Shown piece by piece: positions 20,326-30,269 of a DNA stretch of 55,965 nt. A program made the translations under genes and the position numbers. Below the pieces are notes generated by a model. It saw nothing but the letters and a program-made list of their open reading frames with translations. It ran no database searches and had not been told where the DNA came from. Within the stretch, counting starts at the first letter, position 1. Every line of letters starts with the position of its first letter. Origin of the DNA: Mycobacteriales bacterium (GTDB lineage Bacteria; Actinomycetota; Actinomycetes; JADGOV01); assembly GCA_038232055.1 (NCBI GenBank), contig JBBSIN010000006.1:1-55965 (forward strand), given 5' to 3'.

Positions 20326-21375
20326 TTACAGCTGAGTGCTATAAGCCCGGTTGTGCTGCTGCAGGCTGGCATCCGAGCCGAGGAACGCATGCTTGGACAT
20401 GTCGGCCGAGTACCGGCTCGCCGGCGGCGTACGCCCGAGCGCTTCGGCCATGCTCCGAAGGTGATGCGGCCCCGCGCCGCAGCACAGCCCGAAGTACCGG
20501 ATGCCGATGTCGAGGGCCTGGTGGGTGAAGTCGGCGATCTCGTATCGGTTGCAGGTGAACGGGTCGAGCGCGGTCGGGAACGGCCTACCACCGGGAAGCG
20601 CGTCGTACGCCGGGTCGCGCAGCGACTGGAAGCTCGGTTCAGCCGGAGTCGTGCGGTACGGCACGGGCAGCGCGGCCACGGGGATGTCGACGGCCGGTAC
20701 GACCTCGGCGAGCAGTGGCAGCATCGTGCGGGGACCGCGGATACAGTTCAGCCCCACGACGTCCGCACCGGCGTCGGCTATCCGCCGGCAGGCGTCGGCG
20801 ATGCTCCAGCCCTCACGCGTCTCCGGTGACTGATGGACGGCGAGCGTGACGACCGCCGTCGCTCCTGCCTTCTTCACCGCATCCAGGGCGATGAGCGCCT
20901 CCTCGCCGTAGCTGAAGGTCTCGCCAATGACGAAGTCGACGCCCATCTCGACGGCCCAGTCGACTTGTTCTGAGAACATCGCGCGCGCCTGGTCGGCTGC
21001 CGTCGCGTTGCCGGGCTCGTAGACATTGGTGTTGCAGATGTTGCCCGCGACGAGCGAGCCGGTTTCCGCGCCGACCGCCTTGGCGATGTCCAGAGCGGAG
21101 CGGTTCAGCCGCTCGAGCAAGTGCTCCTTGCCGACGAGGCGCAGCTTCTCACGGTGACCGTAGTAGGTGAAGGCCTCGACCACGTCCGAGCCGGCGTGCA
21201 CGAACTCTCGGTGCAGTTGCGCGACCTCCTCCGGATGGTCGAGGACCACCTCCGGGACAAAGGCGCCGGCCTGCAGGTAGCCCCTTCGCTCGAGCTCGAA
21301 GAGGTAGCCCTCAGCGCAGAGGACCGGACCGGTGGCGAGCCGCTCGAGCAGACCGCCGGACGTTGTGCTGGTCAC
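20326..21375 (-). CDS. Betaine-homocysteine S-methyltransferase-like protein
   Basis: LERL..GPVLCAEGYLFELERRGY..AG.FVPE and LHREFVHAGSDV.EAFTYY (BHMT-like); Zn ligands GLNC and GLCCG; GGAGG RBS before GTG 21375. Confidence 0.88.
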   Translation of the reverse strand: MTSTTSGGLLERLATGPVLCAEGYLFELERRGYLQAGAFVPEVVLDHPEEVAQLHREFVHAGSDVVEAFTYYGHREKLRLVGKEHLLERLNRSALDIAKAVGAETGSLVAGNICNTNVYEPGNATAADQARAMFSEQVDWAVEMGVDFVIGETFSYGEEALIALDAVKKAGATAVVTLAVHQSPETREGWSIADACRRIADAGADVVGLNCIRGPRTMLPLLAEVVPAVDIPVAALPVPYRTTPAEPSFQSLRDPAYDALPGGRPFPTALDPFTCNRYEIADFTHQALDIGIRYFGLCCGAGPHHLRSMAEALGRTPPASRYSADMSKHAFLGSDASLQQHNRAYSTQL

Positions 21376-21428
21376 CAGATACCTCCTGACATGTTGACGA
21401 TAGGGGGTGGGCACTCCGGCGGGCCGGG

Positions 21429-22763
21429 TCAGCTCCAGGGGAACGGTGAGCTGCTCGTGGGATGCAGCCGACCCTGCTCGTACCGGGAGAAGCGGAACGG
21501 CTCGAGCAGCGCCTGGGTCTCGCCCAGCAACTCCCGCGCCACAAGGGCGCCGACGCCCAGCATCTTGTAACCATGGTTGGAGTCGGCGATGACGTAGGCG
21601 TTCTGCCGGAAGACGTCGAACACCGGGAAGCTGTCCGGTGTGAAGCAGCCGATGCCACCCGAGGGCTCCTTGGAGAAGAGGTGCGCCTTGCCCTCGAAGC
21701 GCTTGAGGCAATGGGCGAGGCCCGACGTCCACATCCTCGCGAACTCCTCGCCGACGATGAAGTCGGGGCTGGCCGGTCCGTACGGGTCGACCGCGACCTG
21801 GTCGGTGGGGCGATCGATGACGAAGGGCATCGCCCCGCCCTGCACGCCGCCGAAGTTGAAGTCCGGCTTGAAGTAGATGCCCCACAGCGACTCGGTGACG
21901 AGCGACCCGTCCCGGTCGTCAAAGAGGGGAGCGTCGGTGTCCACGTGCACGACGGGCGGCATGGCGCCTGAGTTGTCGGTGAGGAACGCGGGATCGACGC
22001 CGAGCGTCCCCTCCTGCAGTGACCAGTACGTCCACATGTCGCGGCCCGGATGCCGGCTGCCGTCGGTGCCCTGAACGGTGATCTGCTCCGGTAGCTCGAG
22101 CATCCGCCACACGTCGCGTACCCACGGCCCGACAGTGACGACCAGCGAGTCGAGCTGGACCGGCCCCGCATCGGTGTCGACAGCCGTGACCGCGCCGCCG
22201 TCGAGCGTCAGGCCGGTCACCCGCGTGCCGGGGTAGATCCGCACGCCTTCGCTGCGGGCCTTGTCGGCGAGCCCACGCATCGACGCCCGGTTGTTGGCGT
22301 AGCCGCCCCGCTTCTCGTGCAGGACGCTGGTGACTCCCTTTGCCTGCCAGTCGGAGAAGATGCCCTGCAGGTACGACCGGCTCTCGAGCTCGCCCTCGAT
22401 GAAGGTGGATGGGTAGCCGATCGCCTGCTGCTCCTGCGAGATCTGCGCGACGCCCGCGTGCATCACCTCGGGGGAGATCTGCAGGTAACCCACCGGATGA
22501 TAGGCGAACGCCGCTGGGTCGGACTCCCACACCGAAACCGAATGGGCCATCAGCTCACGCATGGCCGGCTGGAAGTAGTTGTTGCGGATCACCCCACAGG
22601 CGATGCCGGACGCACCCGCCGCGACGTCGCTCTTGTCCAGTACGACGACGTCGCGCCCGTCGCCTCGACCACTGGCCCGGAGCCCCTTGGCCAGGTGCCA
22701 TGCGGTCGAGAGGCCGTGGACGCCGGCACCGATGACCACGTAGCGAGCATCCGGAACAGGCAC
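21429..22763 (-). CDS. FAD-dependent oxidoreductase, DAO/sarcosine oxidase beta-like (putative N-methyl amino acid oxidase)
   Basis: IGAGVHGLSTAWHLA, GASGIACGVIRNNY, FTPDSFPV, SNHGYK; no C-terminal GcvT domain; GAGGA RBS before GTG 22763. Confidence 0.82.
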   Translation of the reverse strand: MPVPDARYVVIGAGVHGLSTAWHLAKGLRASGRGDGRDVVVLDKSDVAAGASGIACGVIRNNYFQPAMRELMAHSVSVWESDPAAFAYHPVGYLQISPEVMHAGVAQISQEQQAIGYPSTFIEGELESRSYLQGIFSDWQAKGVTSVLHEKRGGYANNRASMRGLADKARSEGVRIYPGTRVTGLTLDGGAVTAVDTDAGPVQLDSLVVTVGPWVRDVWRMLELPEQITVQGTDGSRHPGRDMWTYWSLQEGTLGVDPAFLTDNSGAMPPVVHVDTDAPLFDDRDGSLVTESLWGIYFKPDFNFGGVQGGAMPFVIDRPTDQVAVDPYGPASPDFIVGEEFARMWTSGLAHCLKRFEGKAHLFSKEPSGGIGCFTPDSFPVFDVFRQNAYVIADSNHGYKMLGVGALVARELLGETQALLEPFRFSRYEQGRLHPTSSSPFPWS

Positions 22764-22795
22764 GGCGCTTCCTCGGACTCCTGCCCAGTGGACTT

Positions 22796-22812
22796 GTTGC
22801 CCAGGGGGCAAT
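22796..22812. promoter_or_regulatory. Putative IclR operator, GTTGC-N7-GCAAT
   Basis: GTTGCCCAGGGGGCAAT palindrome in the divergent intergenic region; related motifs at 30914 and 37615. Confidence 0.5.
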
Positions 22813-22843
22813 ACTGTTTCAATATCGGCGAGGGGAGGCTAGC

Positions 22844-23602
22844 ATTCCCACGACCGGGGAGCCAGCCAGTCGGCACGTCGCCGCCGTCCAACGGGCGATG
22901 ACTGTGCTGGAGGTGCTCGCCGACTCAGCCGCCGACCTGGGGACCAACGAGATTGCCCGCCGTACCGGCATCAACCCGAGCAGCGCCTCGCGCCTGCTCG
23001 CGACGCTGGCGGCCGGCAACCTCGTGCAGCACATTCCCGAGAGCGGCCGCTACCGGCTGGGCCTGCGGCTGTTCCAGCTCGGCAACGAGGCGGTCGCCCG
23101 CGTCGACCTGCAGGGCCTGGCCCGACCGCACCTCACCGCACTGGCCGACGCAACCGGCGAGACGGCGACCCTCTCGGTGCCGGGTGAGCGGGAGGCGATG
23201 ACTGTGGACTTCGTCCAAGGTGCCTCGTCGGTGCAGAGCGTCGCGCGGGTCGGCCGCCCCAGCGTGGCGCACGCGACGGCGGTGGGCAAGGTCTTCCTGG
23301 GCTACGGCGGCGAGCTGCCTCCCGGGCCGATCCCCGCCTTCACCCCCCGGACGATCACCGACCCGCGCCGGCTCGCCGATGAGATTGCCCGCGCGGTCAA
23401 GCGGGGATGGGCGGAGGCGTTCGGTGAGCGCGAGGCGGACCTGAATGCGATCGCCGCCCCGGTCCACGCCACGCGGGGTGAGCTCATCGCGATTGTCGGT
23501 CTGCAGGGACCGGCCGGGCGCTTCGACCGCAAAGCCATGCGCAGCGCGACCCCCCTGCTGCTCGAGCGGGCGGCTGCGATCTCGCGGAGGACGGCGGCAT
23601 GA
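22844..23602 (+). CDS. IclR family transcriptional regulator
   Basis: VAAVQRAMTVLE, HTH GTNEIARRTGINPSSASRLLATL, TGETATL, HATAVGKVFL, AIAAPV. The first ATG is at 22898, but the conserved helix extends upstream to an ATT at 22844 behind GGGGAGG. Confidence 0.9.
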   Translation: MPTTGEPASRHVAAVQRAMTVLEVLADSAADLGTNEIARRTGINPSSASRLLATLAAGNLVQHIPESGRYRLGLRLFQLGNEAVARVDLQGLARPHLTALADATGETATLSVPGEREAMTVDFVQGASSVQSVARVGRPSVAHATAVGKVFLGYGGELPPGPIPAFTPRTITDPRRLADEIARAVKRGWAEAFGEREADLNAIAAPVHATRGELIAIVGLQGPAGRFDRKAMRSATPLLLERAAAISRRTAA

Positions 23603-24861
23603 CCGCACGGAAGCCGGCTCGCTACTCGGCCTTCGACCTCGTCCGCCGCGGACTGACCCGCCGCGACTGGCCGCGGAGCTGGCGGGAGCACGACCTGAAC
23701 AGCAGCTACGACGTGGTCGTCATCGGCGCCGGGGTGCACGGCCTCGCCTGTGCCTACTACCTCGCCGCCAACCACGGCATCACGAATGTCGCAGTCCTGG
23801 ACAAGGGTTATCTCGGCGGCGGCGGCTCCGGGCGCAACACTGCCATCATCCGCTCCAACTACCTGACGCCAGAAGGCGTCGCCTTTTACGACCGCTCCGT
23901 CAAGCTCTACGAAAACCTCGCCGCGGAGCTCAACTTCAACGTCATGTTCGAGCAGCGCGGCCACCTCACCCTGGCGCACAACGACAGCTCGCTACGCACG
24001 ATGCGGTGGCGTGCGGAGGTCAACAAGCTGCAGGGAGTGAACTCCGAGGTCATCGGGCCGGCGGACATCAAACGGCTGGTCCCCTATATGGACGTCTCGC
24101 CCGAGTCGCGTTATCCGATCCTCGGCGCGCTCTACCACCCACCCGGCGGCACCATCCGCCACGACGCCGTCAACTGGGGCTACGCCAGGGCCGCCGACGT
24201 GCTCGGAGTCCAGATCCACCAGAACACCGAGGTGCTGGGGATCGACGTCGTGGGCGACCGGGTCACCGGCGTGCGCACCAATCGAGGGGCCGTCGCGGCG
24301 CCGATCGTGGTGAACTGCACCGCCGGTTGGGCCTCGCTGGTCAGCGCACTGGCCGGCGTGACCCTGCCGATCACCACGTATCCGCTGCAGGCCGCCGTCA
24401 CCGAGCCGGTCAAGACGTTTCTGCGTACGGTGGTGGTTTCGGGCACCCTGCACGTCTACGTCAGCCAAACCGATCGGGGCGAGCTCGTCTTCGGCGCGAG
24501 CGTGGACCCCTACCCGTCGTACTCGATGCGCGGGTCGCTCGAGTTCACCGAGGAGCTGGCCGGGCACGTCCTTGAGTTGATGCCGGGCATCGCCAGCCTG
24601 CGTGTGCTACGGCAGTGGGCCGGGCTGTGCGACATGACCCCCGACTACTCCCCGATCATGGGGGTGACCCCCGTCGACGGGTTCCTTCTCGATGTCGGAT
24701 GGGGCACCTACGGGTTCAAGGCCGGACCGGTCTCCGGCGAAACCATGGCCGAGCTGGTGGCGACCGGCAAGACTCCCGAGCTCATCGCCTCGTTCGACCT
24801 CGCCCGCTTCGCCGACGGACGCCTCGTCGGCGAAAAGGGCGCGGCGGCCGTCGGGCATTGA
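23599..24861 (+). CDS. soxB: Sarcosine oxidase subunit beta
   Basis: GAGVHGLA.AYYLA..HGITNVAVLDKG.LGGG.SGRNT.IIRSNY, RHDAV.WGYARAA, PLQA.VTEP, GWGTYGFKA, GAAAVGH end. Confidence 0.93.
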   Translation: MTARKPARYSAFDLVRRGLTRRDWPRSWREHDLNSSYDVVVIGAGVHGLACAYYLAANHGITNVAVLDKGYLGGGGSGRNTAIIRSNYLTPEGVAFYDRSVKLYENLAAELNFNVMFEQRGHLTLAHNDSSLRTMRWRAEVNKLQGVNSEVIGPADIKRLVPYMDVSPESRYPILGALYHPPGGTIRHDAVNWGYARAADVLGVQIHQNTEVLGIDVVGDRVTGVRTNRGAVAAPIVVNCTAGWASLVSALAGVTLPITTYPLQAAVTEPVKTFLRTVVVSGTLHVYVSQTDRGELVFGASVDPYPSYSMRGSLEFTEELAGHVLELMPGIASLRVLRQWAGLCDMTPDYSPIMGVTPVDGFLLDVGWGTYGFKAGPVSGETMAELVATGKTPELIASFDLARFADGRLVGEKGAAAVGH

Positions 24862-24889
24862 TGCGGCACTTTCAGGCACCGGAGCAACC

Positions 24890-25138
24890 ATGCTGCTGAT
24901 CCCCTGTCCACACTGCGGACCGCGCAACTCCAGCGAGTTCCGCTACGCCGGTGAGGGTCGCCGCCGGCCGGACGTCACGGCCGTCATGCCGCCGGAGTGG
25001 CGGAGTTACCTCTACGAGCGGCGCAACGCGGCCGGCTGGGTACGCGAGAGCTGGTACCACACGTTCGGCTGCCGACGGTTCTTCGCCGTCGAACGCGACA
25101 CGGTGACCAACGCCGTCCGCCCGGGCAGCCCGGCATGA
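24890..25138 (+). CDS. soxD: Sarcosine oxidase subunit delta
   Basis: MLLIPCPHCGPR...EF.YAGE, E.WYH..GCRRFF..ERDTVTN; GGAG RBS. Confidence 0.93.
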   Translation: MLLIPCPHCGPRNSSEFRYAGEGRRRPDVTAVMPPEWRSYLYERRNAAGWVRESWYHTFGCRRFFAVERDTVTNAVRPGSPA

Positions 25139-27930
25139 GTGCGCCGTACCGGCTGGAGCCGCAGCCGGGTGAGGTGCTCGACCGGAGCCAGCCGGTCCGC
25201 TTCCGGTGGGACGGGCGAGAGTACGACGGTCTCGCCGGTGACACGATCGTCTCGGCGCTGCTCGCCTCGGGAGTCGACTGCTTCTCCCGCAGCTTCAAGT
25301 ACTCCCGTCCGCGTGGTGTCCTCACCGCCAGCTTCGTCGATCCCAACTGCACGGTGCAGGTCGGCGACGAGCCCAACGTGCGGGCGGCACACCGCCGGCT
25401 CGCGGCCGGCATGGACGTCCGGCCGCAGAACGCCTGGCCGTCGCTGCGGTACGACGCACGGGTGGTCAACTCCGCGTTGGCCCGCTTTCTCACGGCCGGC
25501 TTCTACTACAAGACGTTCATGAAGCCACAGCGGCTGTGGCCGGTCTACGCCTCCGTGCTCTCGCGCTTCGCCTCCGGTGGGTGCACCCGCCCGGACGCGG
25601 CGCATGCCTACTACGACAAGCGCTACGCGCACGCCGACGTGGTCGTGGCCGGAGCCGGCCCGGCCGGCCTCGCCGCGGCAGTGGCGGCGGCACGCGCCGG
25701 TGCGCGGGTGATGCTGGTGGAAGAGGAGTACGACGTGGGCGGCCACCTTCGGTGGGGCGATCCGGCCGACCTCGCGCGGCTCGCCGAGCTGCGTGCGGTA
25801 CTCGTCGCCGAGCCGGGCATCGAGGTGCTGACCGACTCCGTGGTCACCGGTCGCTACGACGACAACTGGCTCGCGATCCTGCAGCGCGGCCGGCCGGGCG
25901 GCGGTGAGCGGTTGGTCAAGACCCGAGCGGCGACGCTCGTCGTCGCAGCCGGTCTCGTCGAGCGGCCCTACGTCTTCGCCGGCAACGACCTGCCGGGCGT
26001 CGTGCTGGGGACGGCGGTGCGCCGGCTGGTCAACCTGCACGCCGTACGACCAGGTTCGCGGGCCGTGGTGTTCACCGCCAACGAGGAGGGCGAGGCGGCA
26101 GCGGCGGACCTGCAGCGGGTCGGTGTCGAGGTGGTCCGCACCGTCGACGCGCGCCGGGGCGAGGGCATCGCGCGGGCGCTCGGCCGACGCCACGTCCAGG
26201 GCGTCGAGCTGACCGACGGCTGGCGGCACGCCGTCGACCTGCTCGTCACGTCGACCGGCTGGACGGCGCCGACCTCGCTGTTGAACATGGCCGGCAACCG
26301 CCCGGTGTGGGACCCGACGGCGGCCCGCTTCCGACCCGGACCGGAGCTGCCGGACACCGTCTTCGCCACGGGCGGCATCGTCGGCGACGGCACGACCGAC
26401 GAACTCGTGGCGCACGGCCAGGCGGTGGGCGAGGCGGCAGCCGCTCGAGCCCGCGGGGAGCGGCCCGCGCCGGTGCCCCCGCTGGGCGTGCGACCGCACC
26501 CGGCGATGTTCCGGGGGCCGACCCACGGCTTCGTGGACATGTCCGAGGACGTCACGTCGAAGGACATCGTCGCGGCCGCCGCCGAGGGCTACGACTCGAG
26601 CGAGCTCGTCAAGCGCTTCACCACCGCAACGATGGGCCCGTCACAGGGCAAGCTCGAGGTGGTCAACACCGTGGCGGTGCTCGGGGAAGCCGTGGGCCGG
26701 AACATGGAGCAGCTGGGTACGACGGTGTGGCGGCCGCCGTACGCCCCGATCAGTCTCGGTGCACTGGCCGGACGGATCTTCGAGCCGGTACGACGTTCGC
26801 CGATGCACGCGTGGCACGAGGCCCACGGCGCGACGCCATTGGTTGCCGGGCAGTGGATCCGGCCGGACTCCTACGGCGATCCCATGGCGGAGGCGAGCGC
26901 CGTACGGCGCGCCGTCGGGATCATCGACGTCACGCCGCTCGGCAAGCTGGAGTTGCAGGGGCCCGACGTGCCGAAGCTGCTCAACCTCGTCTACGTCAAC
27001 AAGTGGTCCAAGCTCGACGTCGGCTCGGTGCGCTACGGAGTCATGTGCGCCGAGGACGGGGTCGTCTTCGACGACGGTGTCACCGGGCGGCTCGCCGACG
27101 AGCACTACCTCATGTCGACCACGTCGTCCGGCGCGGCCGCCGTTTGGGAGTGGCTCGAGAACTGGCTGCAGACGGAGCACGCCGACTGGCAGGTGCACGT
27201 CACGCCACTGACCACGGCGTACGCGAGCATCAACGTCGCGGGCCCTCGGAGCCGGGAGTTGCTGGCCCGACTCGTCGAGGGGATCGACCTGTCGCCGGAG
27301 GCGTTCCCCTACATGCGCGTCCGGACCGGCCGCATTGCCGGAGTCGAGAACTGCCTGGCGTGGCGCATCGGCTTCACCGGCGAGCTCTCCTACGAGATCC
27401 ATGTGCCGGCGTCGTACGGGCTGCACGTCTGGGAGACGCTGCTTCGCACCGGCGACGACCTGGGTGTCGTCGCATTCGGTGTCGAGGCGCAGCGCATCCT
27501 GCGGCTCGAGAAGGGGCATCTCATCGTCGGTCAGGACACGGACGGCCTGACGAAGGCGTTCTCCGCCGGACTCGAGGGCCTGGTGAAGCTCGACAAGGAC
27601 GACTTCGCCGGCCGGCCGGAGCTGGTGTGGGGAAGCGAACGACTAAGCGACGCACCGCGCCTGGTCGCGCTGCAACCGCTCGACCCCCACCTCGTACCGG
27701 CCGAGGGCAGCCAGATCGTGCACGACCACAGCCGCATCGCCGGCCGGGTGACCTCGAGCCGACGCTCGCCAGAGCTCGGTCGGTCGATCTGCCTGGCGCA
27801 GGTCGAGCCCGACCTCGCCGCACCTGGCAGCGTCGTGACGATCGTCCTTCCCGACGGCAGCCGCGCGGAGGCGACGGTGCAACCACAGCTGGCCCACGTC
27901 GACCCCGAGGGGAGCCGGCTCCGTGGCTGA
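25135..27930 (+). CDS. soxA: Sarcosine oxidase subunit alpha
   Basis: GDTIVSALLA, SRSFKY.RPRG, AGFYYKTF, GAGPAGL, KRFTT..MG..QGK, GcvT-like DDG and FTGELSYEI, LRLEKG. ATGA overlap with soxD. Confidence 0.93.
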   Translation: MSAPYRLEPQPGEVLDRSQPVRFRWDGREYDGLAGDTIVSALLASGVDCFSRSFKYSRPRGVLTASFVDPNCTVQVGDEPNVRAAHRRLAAGMDVRPQNAWPSLRYDARVVNSALARFLTAGFYYKTFMKPQRLWPVYASVLSRFASGGCTRPDAAHAYYDKRYAHADVVVAGAGPAGLAAAVAAARAGARVMLVEEEYDVGGHLRWGDPADLARLAELRAVLVAEPGIEVLTDSVVTGRYDDNWLAILQRGRPGGGERLVKTRAATLVVAAGLVERPYVFAGNDLPGVVLGTAVRRLVNLHAVRPGSRAVVFTANEEGEAAAADLQRVGVEVVRTVDARRGEGIARALGRRHVQGVELTDGWRHAVDLLVTSTGWTAPTSLLNMAGNRPVWDPTAARFRPGPELPDTVFATGGIVGDGTTDELVAHGQAVGEAAAARARGERPAPVPPLGVRPHPAMFRGPTHGFVDMSEDVTSKDIVAAAAEGYDSSELVKRFTTATMGPSQGKLEVVNTVAVLGEAVGRNMEQLGTTVWRPPYAPISLGALAGRIFEPVRRSPMHAWHEAHGATPLVAGQWIRPDSYGDPMAEASAVRRAVGIIDVTPLGKLELQGPDVPKLLNLVYVNKWSKLDVGSVRYGVMCAEDGVVFDDGVTGRLADEHYLMSTTSSGAAAVWEWLENWLQTEHADWQVHVTPLTTAYASINVAGPRSRELLARLVEGIDLSPEAFPYMRVRTGRIAGVENCLAWRIGFTGELSYEIHVPASYGLHVWETLLRTGDDLGVVAFGVEAQRILRLEKGHLIVGQDTDGLTKAFSAGLEGLVKLDKDDFAGRPELVWGSERLSDAPRLVALQPLDPHLVPAEGSQIVHDHSRIAGRVTSSRRSPELGRSICLAQVEPDLAAPGSVVTIVLPDGSRAEATVQPQLAHVDPEGSRLRG

Positions 27931-28570
27931 GTCCAGAGCGGCTGCAGCCCAGCCGTCTCCGGTGGCCCGCTGCCCGGTCCGTCCCGCCGAGCCGGTCGAG
28001 GTACGCGACGGCTGGGAGGTGTCGCAGCGCCGCTCGGCCGCGCCGCTGCGGCTGATGGACTGCTCCCCGCTGGGCAAGGTCCTCGTCCACGCCGAGCCCG
28101 ACGGCCGGGCCGCCGCGGCGCTCGCCGTCCCCTTCGGCCGCTCGAGACGCGACGAAGGCGGCACGTTCGTCGTCGGGTCAGGTCCGGGGGAGTGGATGCT
28201 GCTCGGTGCGGTCGGCACCGGCGGTGCGCTGGCGGCCCAGGCAGGGGCACTGCCCGACGACCGGCTCGTGACGGCGGTCGACGTCACGCACGGACGCGCG
28301 CTGCTGCGCCTGACCGGCCCCGACGCCCCGGCCCTGCTCGCCAAGGTGTGTGCCGTCGACCTCCGCGACCGGGTCACACCGGATGGCGCCGCATTCCGCA
28401 GCTCGGTCGCCAAGCTGGCAACCGACGTGGTCCGCGACGATCGGGATGCGACGAGCTCCTACCTCCTGCACTGCGAACGCTCGTCCGGCCAGTACCTCTT
28501 CGACGCCCTGCTCGACGCGGGCGCCGAGTTCGGCGTGGACGTCGACGGTTTCTCCGAAGGGACGGCATGA
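27923..28570 (+). CDS. soxG: Sarcosine oxidase subunit gamma
   Basis: GPGEWML, VDVTHGR..LRLTGP.A..LLAK.C..DL, RS...YLFDALLDAG.EF; follows soxA directly. Confidence 0.85.
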   Translation: MAESRAAAAQPSPVARCPVRPAEPVEVRDGWEVSQRRSAAPLRLMDCSPLGKVLVHAEPDGRAAAALAVPFGRSRRDEGGTFVVGSGPGEWMLLGAVGTGGALAAQAGALPDDRLVTAVDVTHGRALLRLTGPDAPALLAKVCAVDLRDRVTPDGAAFRSSVAKLATDVVRDDRDATSSYLLHCERSSGQYLFDALLDAGAEFGVDVDGFSEGTA

Positions 28571-28571
28571 C

Positions 28572-30269
28572 ATGGGCTTCCCCACCGACCTCGACATCGC
28601 GCGGTCCGCGGCGCTGAAGCCGTTGGACGACGTGGCCGGCGAGATGGGCATCGGTTCACACCTGCTCGAGCAGTACGGCGAAGGCGTCGCCAAGGTGCGG
28701 CTCCAGGCGATCGCCGAGCTGGCCGACGCCCCACGGGCGAAGTACGTCGTCGTCTCCGCGATCACTCCGACGCCGCTGGGCGAGGGAAAGACGACGACGA
28801 CGGTCGGTCTCGGGCAGGCCTTCAAGCACATCGGCAAGCGGGCGACGGTCGCCATCCGCCAGCCGTCGATGGGCCCTACCTTCGGTATCAAGGGTGGCGC
28901 GGCCGGCGGCGGCTACTCCCAGGTCGTCCCGATGGAGCTGCTCAACCTGCACCTCACCGGCGATATGCACGCGGTGACCGCGGCGCACAACCTGCTCTCC
29001 GCGATGATGGACAACTCGCTCTACCAGGGCAACCCGTTCGGTCTCGACGTGCACAACATCACGTGGCGTCGGGTCATGGACGTCAACGACCGGTCACTGC
29101 GAAACGTCGTCGTCGGGCTGGGCTCCTCGCTCGACGGCGTACCGCGGCAGACCGGGTTCGACATCACCGCGGCCTCCGAGGTCATGGCGATCCTGGCCCT
29201 CTCGACGTCGCTGCAGGACCTGCGCAACCGGCTCGGACGCGTCGTCGTCGGCTATACGAGCGACGGCGAACCGGTCACCGCCGAGCAGCTGCGCGGCGCC
29301 GGTGCGATGACGGTGATGCTGCGGGAGGCGATCAAACCCAACCTGCTGCAGACACTGGAGAACACGCCGGTGCTCGTCCACGCCGGCCCGTTCGGCAACA
29401 TCGCGCACGGCAACTCGAGCGTCGTCGCCGACCTCGTCGGCATCCGCGCCGGCGACTACCTCGTCACCGAGGCGGGCTTCGGCGCCGACATGGGGGCCGA
29501 ACGCTTCTTTAACATCAAGTGCCGGACGTCTGGACTCCGGCCCGATGCGGCCGTGGTCGTCGCCACCGTGCGAGCCCTCAAGGCACATTCCGGACGCCAC
29601 CGCATCTTGGCCGGAAGGGCGCTGCCGACCGCGCTGCTCCAGGAGAACCCCGACGAGGTCTTTCTCGGCGGCGAGAACTTGCGGAAGCAGATCGAGAACA
29701 TCCGACTGCACGGCGTCTCCCCGGTCGTCGCGATCAACGCTTTTCCCGACGACTTCCGCAGCGAGCACGACGCGATTCGGCGTATCGCCGAGGAGGCGGG
29801 CGTCCGCGCGGCGGTCGCGACCCACTTCAGCGCCGGCGGCAGGGGCGCCGTCGAGCTGGCGGAGGCGGTCGCCGAGGCGGCCGACGAGCGCACCGACTTC
29901 CGCTTCCTCTATCGCGACGACGCCTCGTTGCGGCAGAAGATCGAGGCGATCGCGACCAAGGTGTACGGCGCCGACGGAGTCGACTACCTCCCCGCCGCCG
30001 CCAAGCAACTTGACGGCTACGAGCGCAACGGCTACGGCCGGTTCCCGGTCTGCATCGCAAAAACGCACCTCTCGATATCGAGCGACCCGACGCTCAGCGG
30101 CGCCCCGACCGGCTGGCGCCTGCCCGTGCGCGAGGCCCGCGCGAACGTGGGAGCCGGGTTCATCTATCTCATCTGCGGCGAGATGCGCACGATGCCGGGC
30201 CTCGGCACGAGCGCCGCCGCGACCCGCATCGACATCGACGCAAACGGCGACATCGTCGGCCTCTCGTGA
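28572..30269 (+). CDS. fhs: Formate--tetrahydrofolate ligase
   Basis: TPTPLGEGKTTT, IKGGAAGGGYSQV.PM, NLHLTGD, HAGPFGNIAHG.SS, TEAGFGADMG.E.F, CIAKT, TMPGL. Confidence 0.96.
   Translation: MGFPTDLDIARSAALKPLDDVAGEMGIGSHLLEQYGEGVAKVRLQAIAELADAPRAKYVVVSAITPTPLGEGKTTTTVGLGQAFKHIGKRATVAIRQPSMGPTFGIKGGAAGGGYSQVVPMELLNLHLTGDMHAVTAAHNLLSAMMDNSLYQGNPFGLDVHNITWRRVMDVNDRSLRNVVVGLGSSLDGVPRQTGFDITAASEVMAILALSTSLQDLRNRLGRVVVGYTSDGEPVTAEQLRGAGAMTVMLREAIKPNLLQTLENTPVLVHAGPFGNIAHGNSSVVADLVGIRAGDYLVTEAGFGADMGAERFFNIKCRTSGLRPDAAVVVATVRALKAHSGRHRILAGRALPTALLQENPDEVFLGGENLRKQIENIRLHGVSPVVAINAFPDDFRSEHDAIRRIAEEAGVRAAVATHFSAGGRGAVELAEAVAEAADERTDFRFLYRDDASLRQKIEAIATKVYGADGVDYLPAAAKQLDGYERNGYGRFPVCIAKTHLSISSDPTLSGAPTGWRLPVREARANVGAGFIYLICGEMRTMPGLGTSAAATRIDIDANGDIVGLS

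Noticed and set aside
18225-20591. Long N-terminal extensions in the ORF track (S9 peptidase; likewise BHMT, amidase, BNR protein, YdbT, fhs, soxA, DUF445)
   Set aside because: The extensions overlap neighbouring genes; family motifs and RBSs point to downstream starts.
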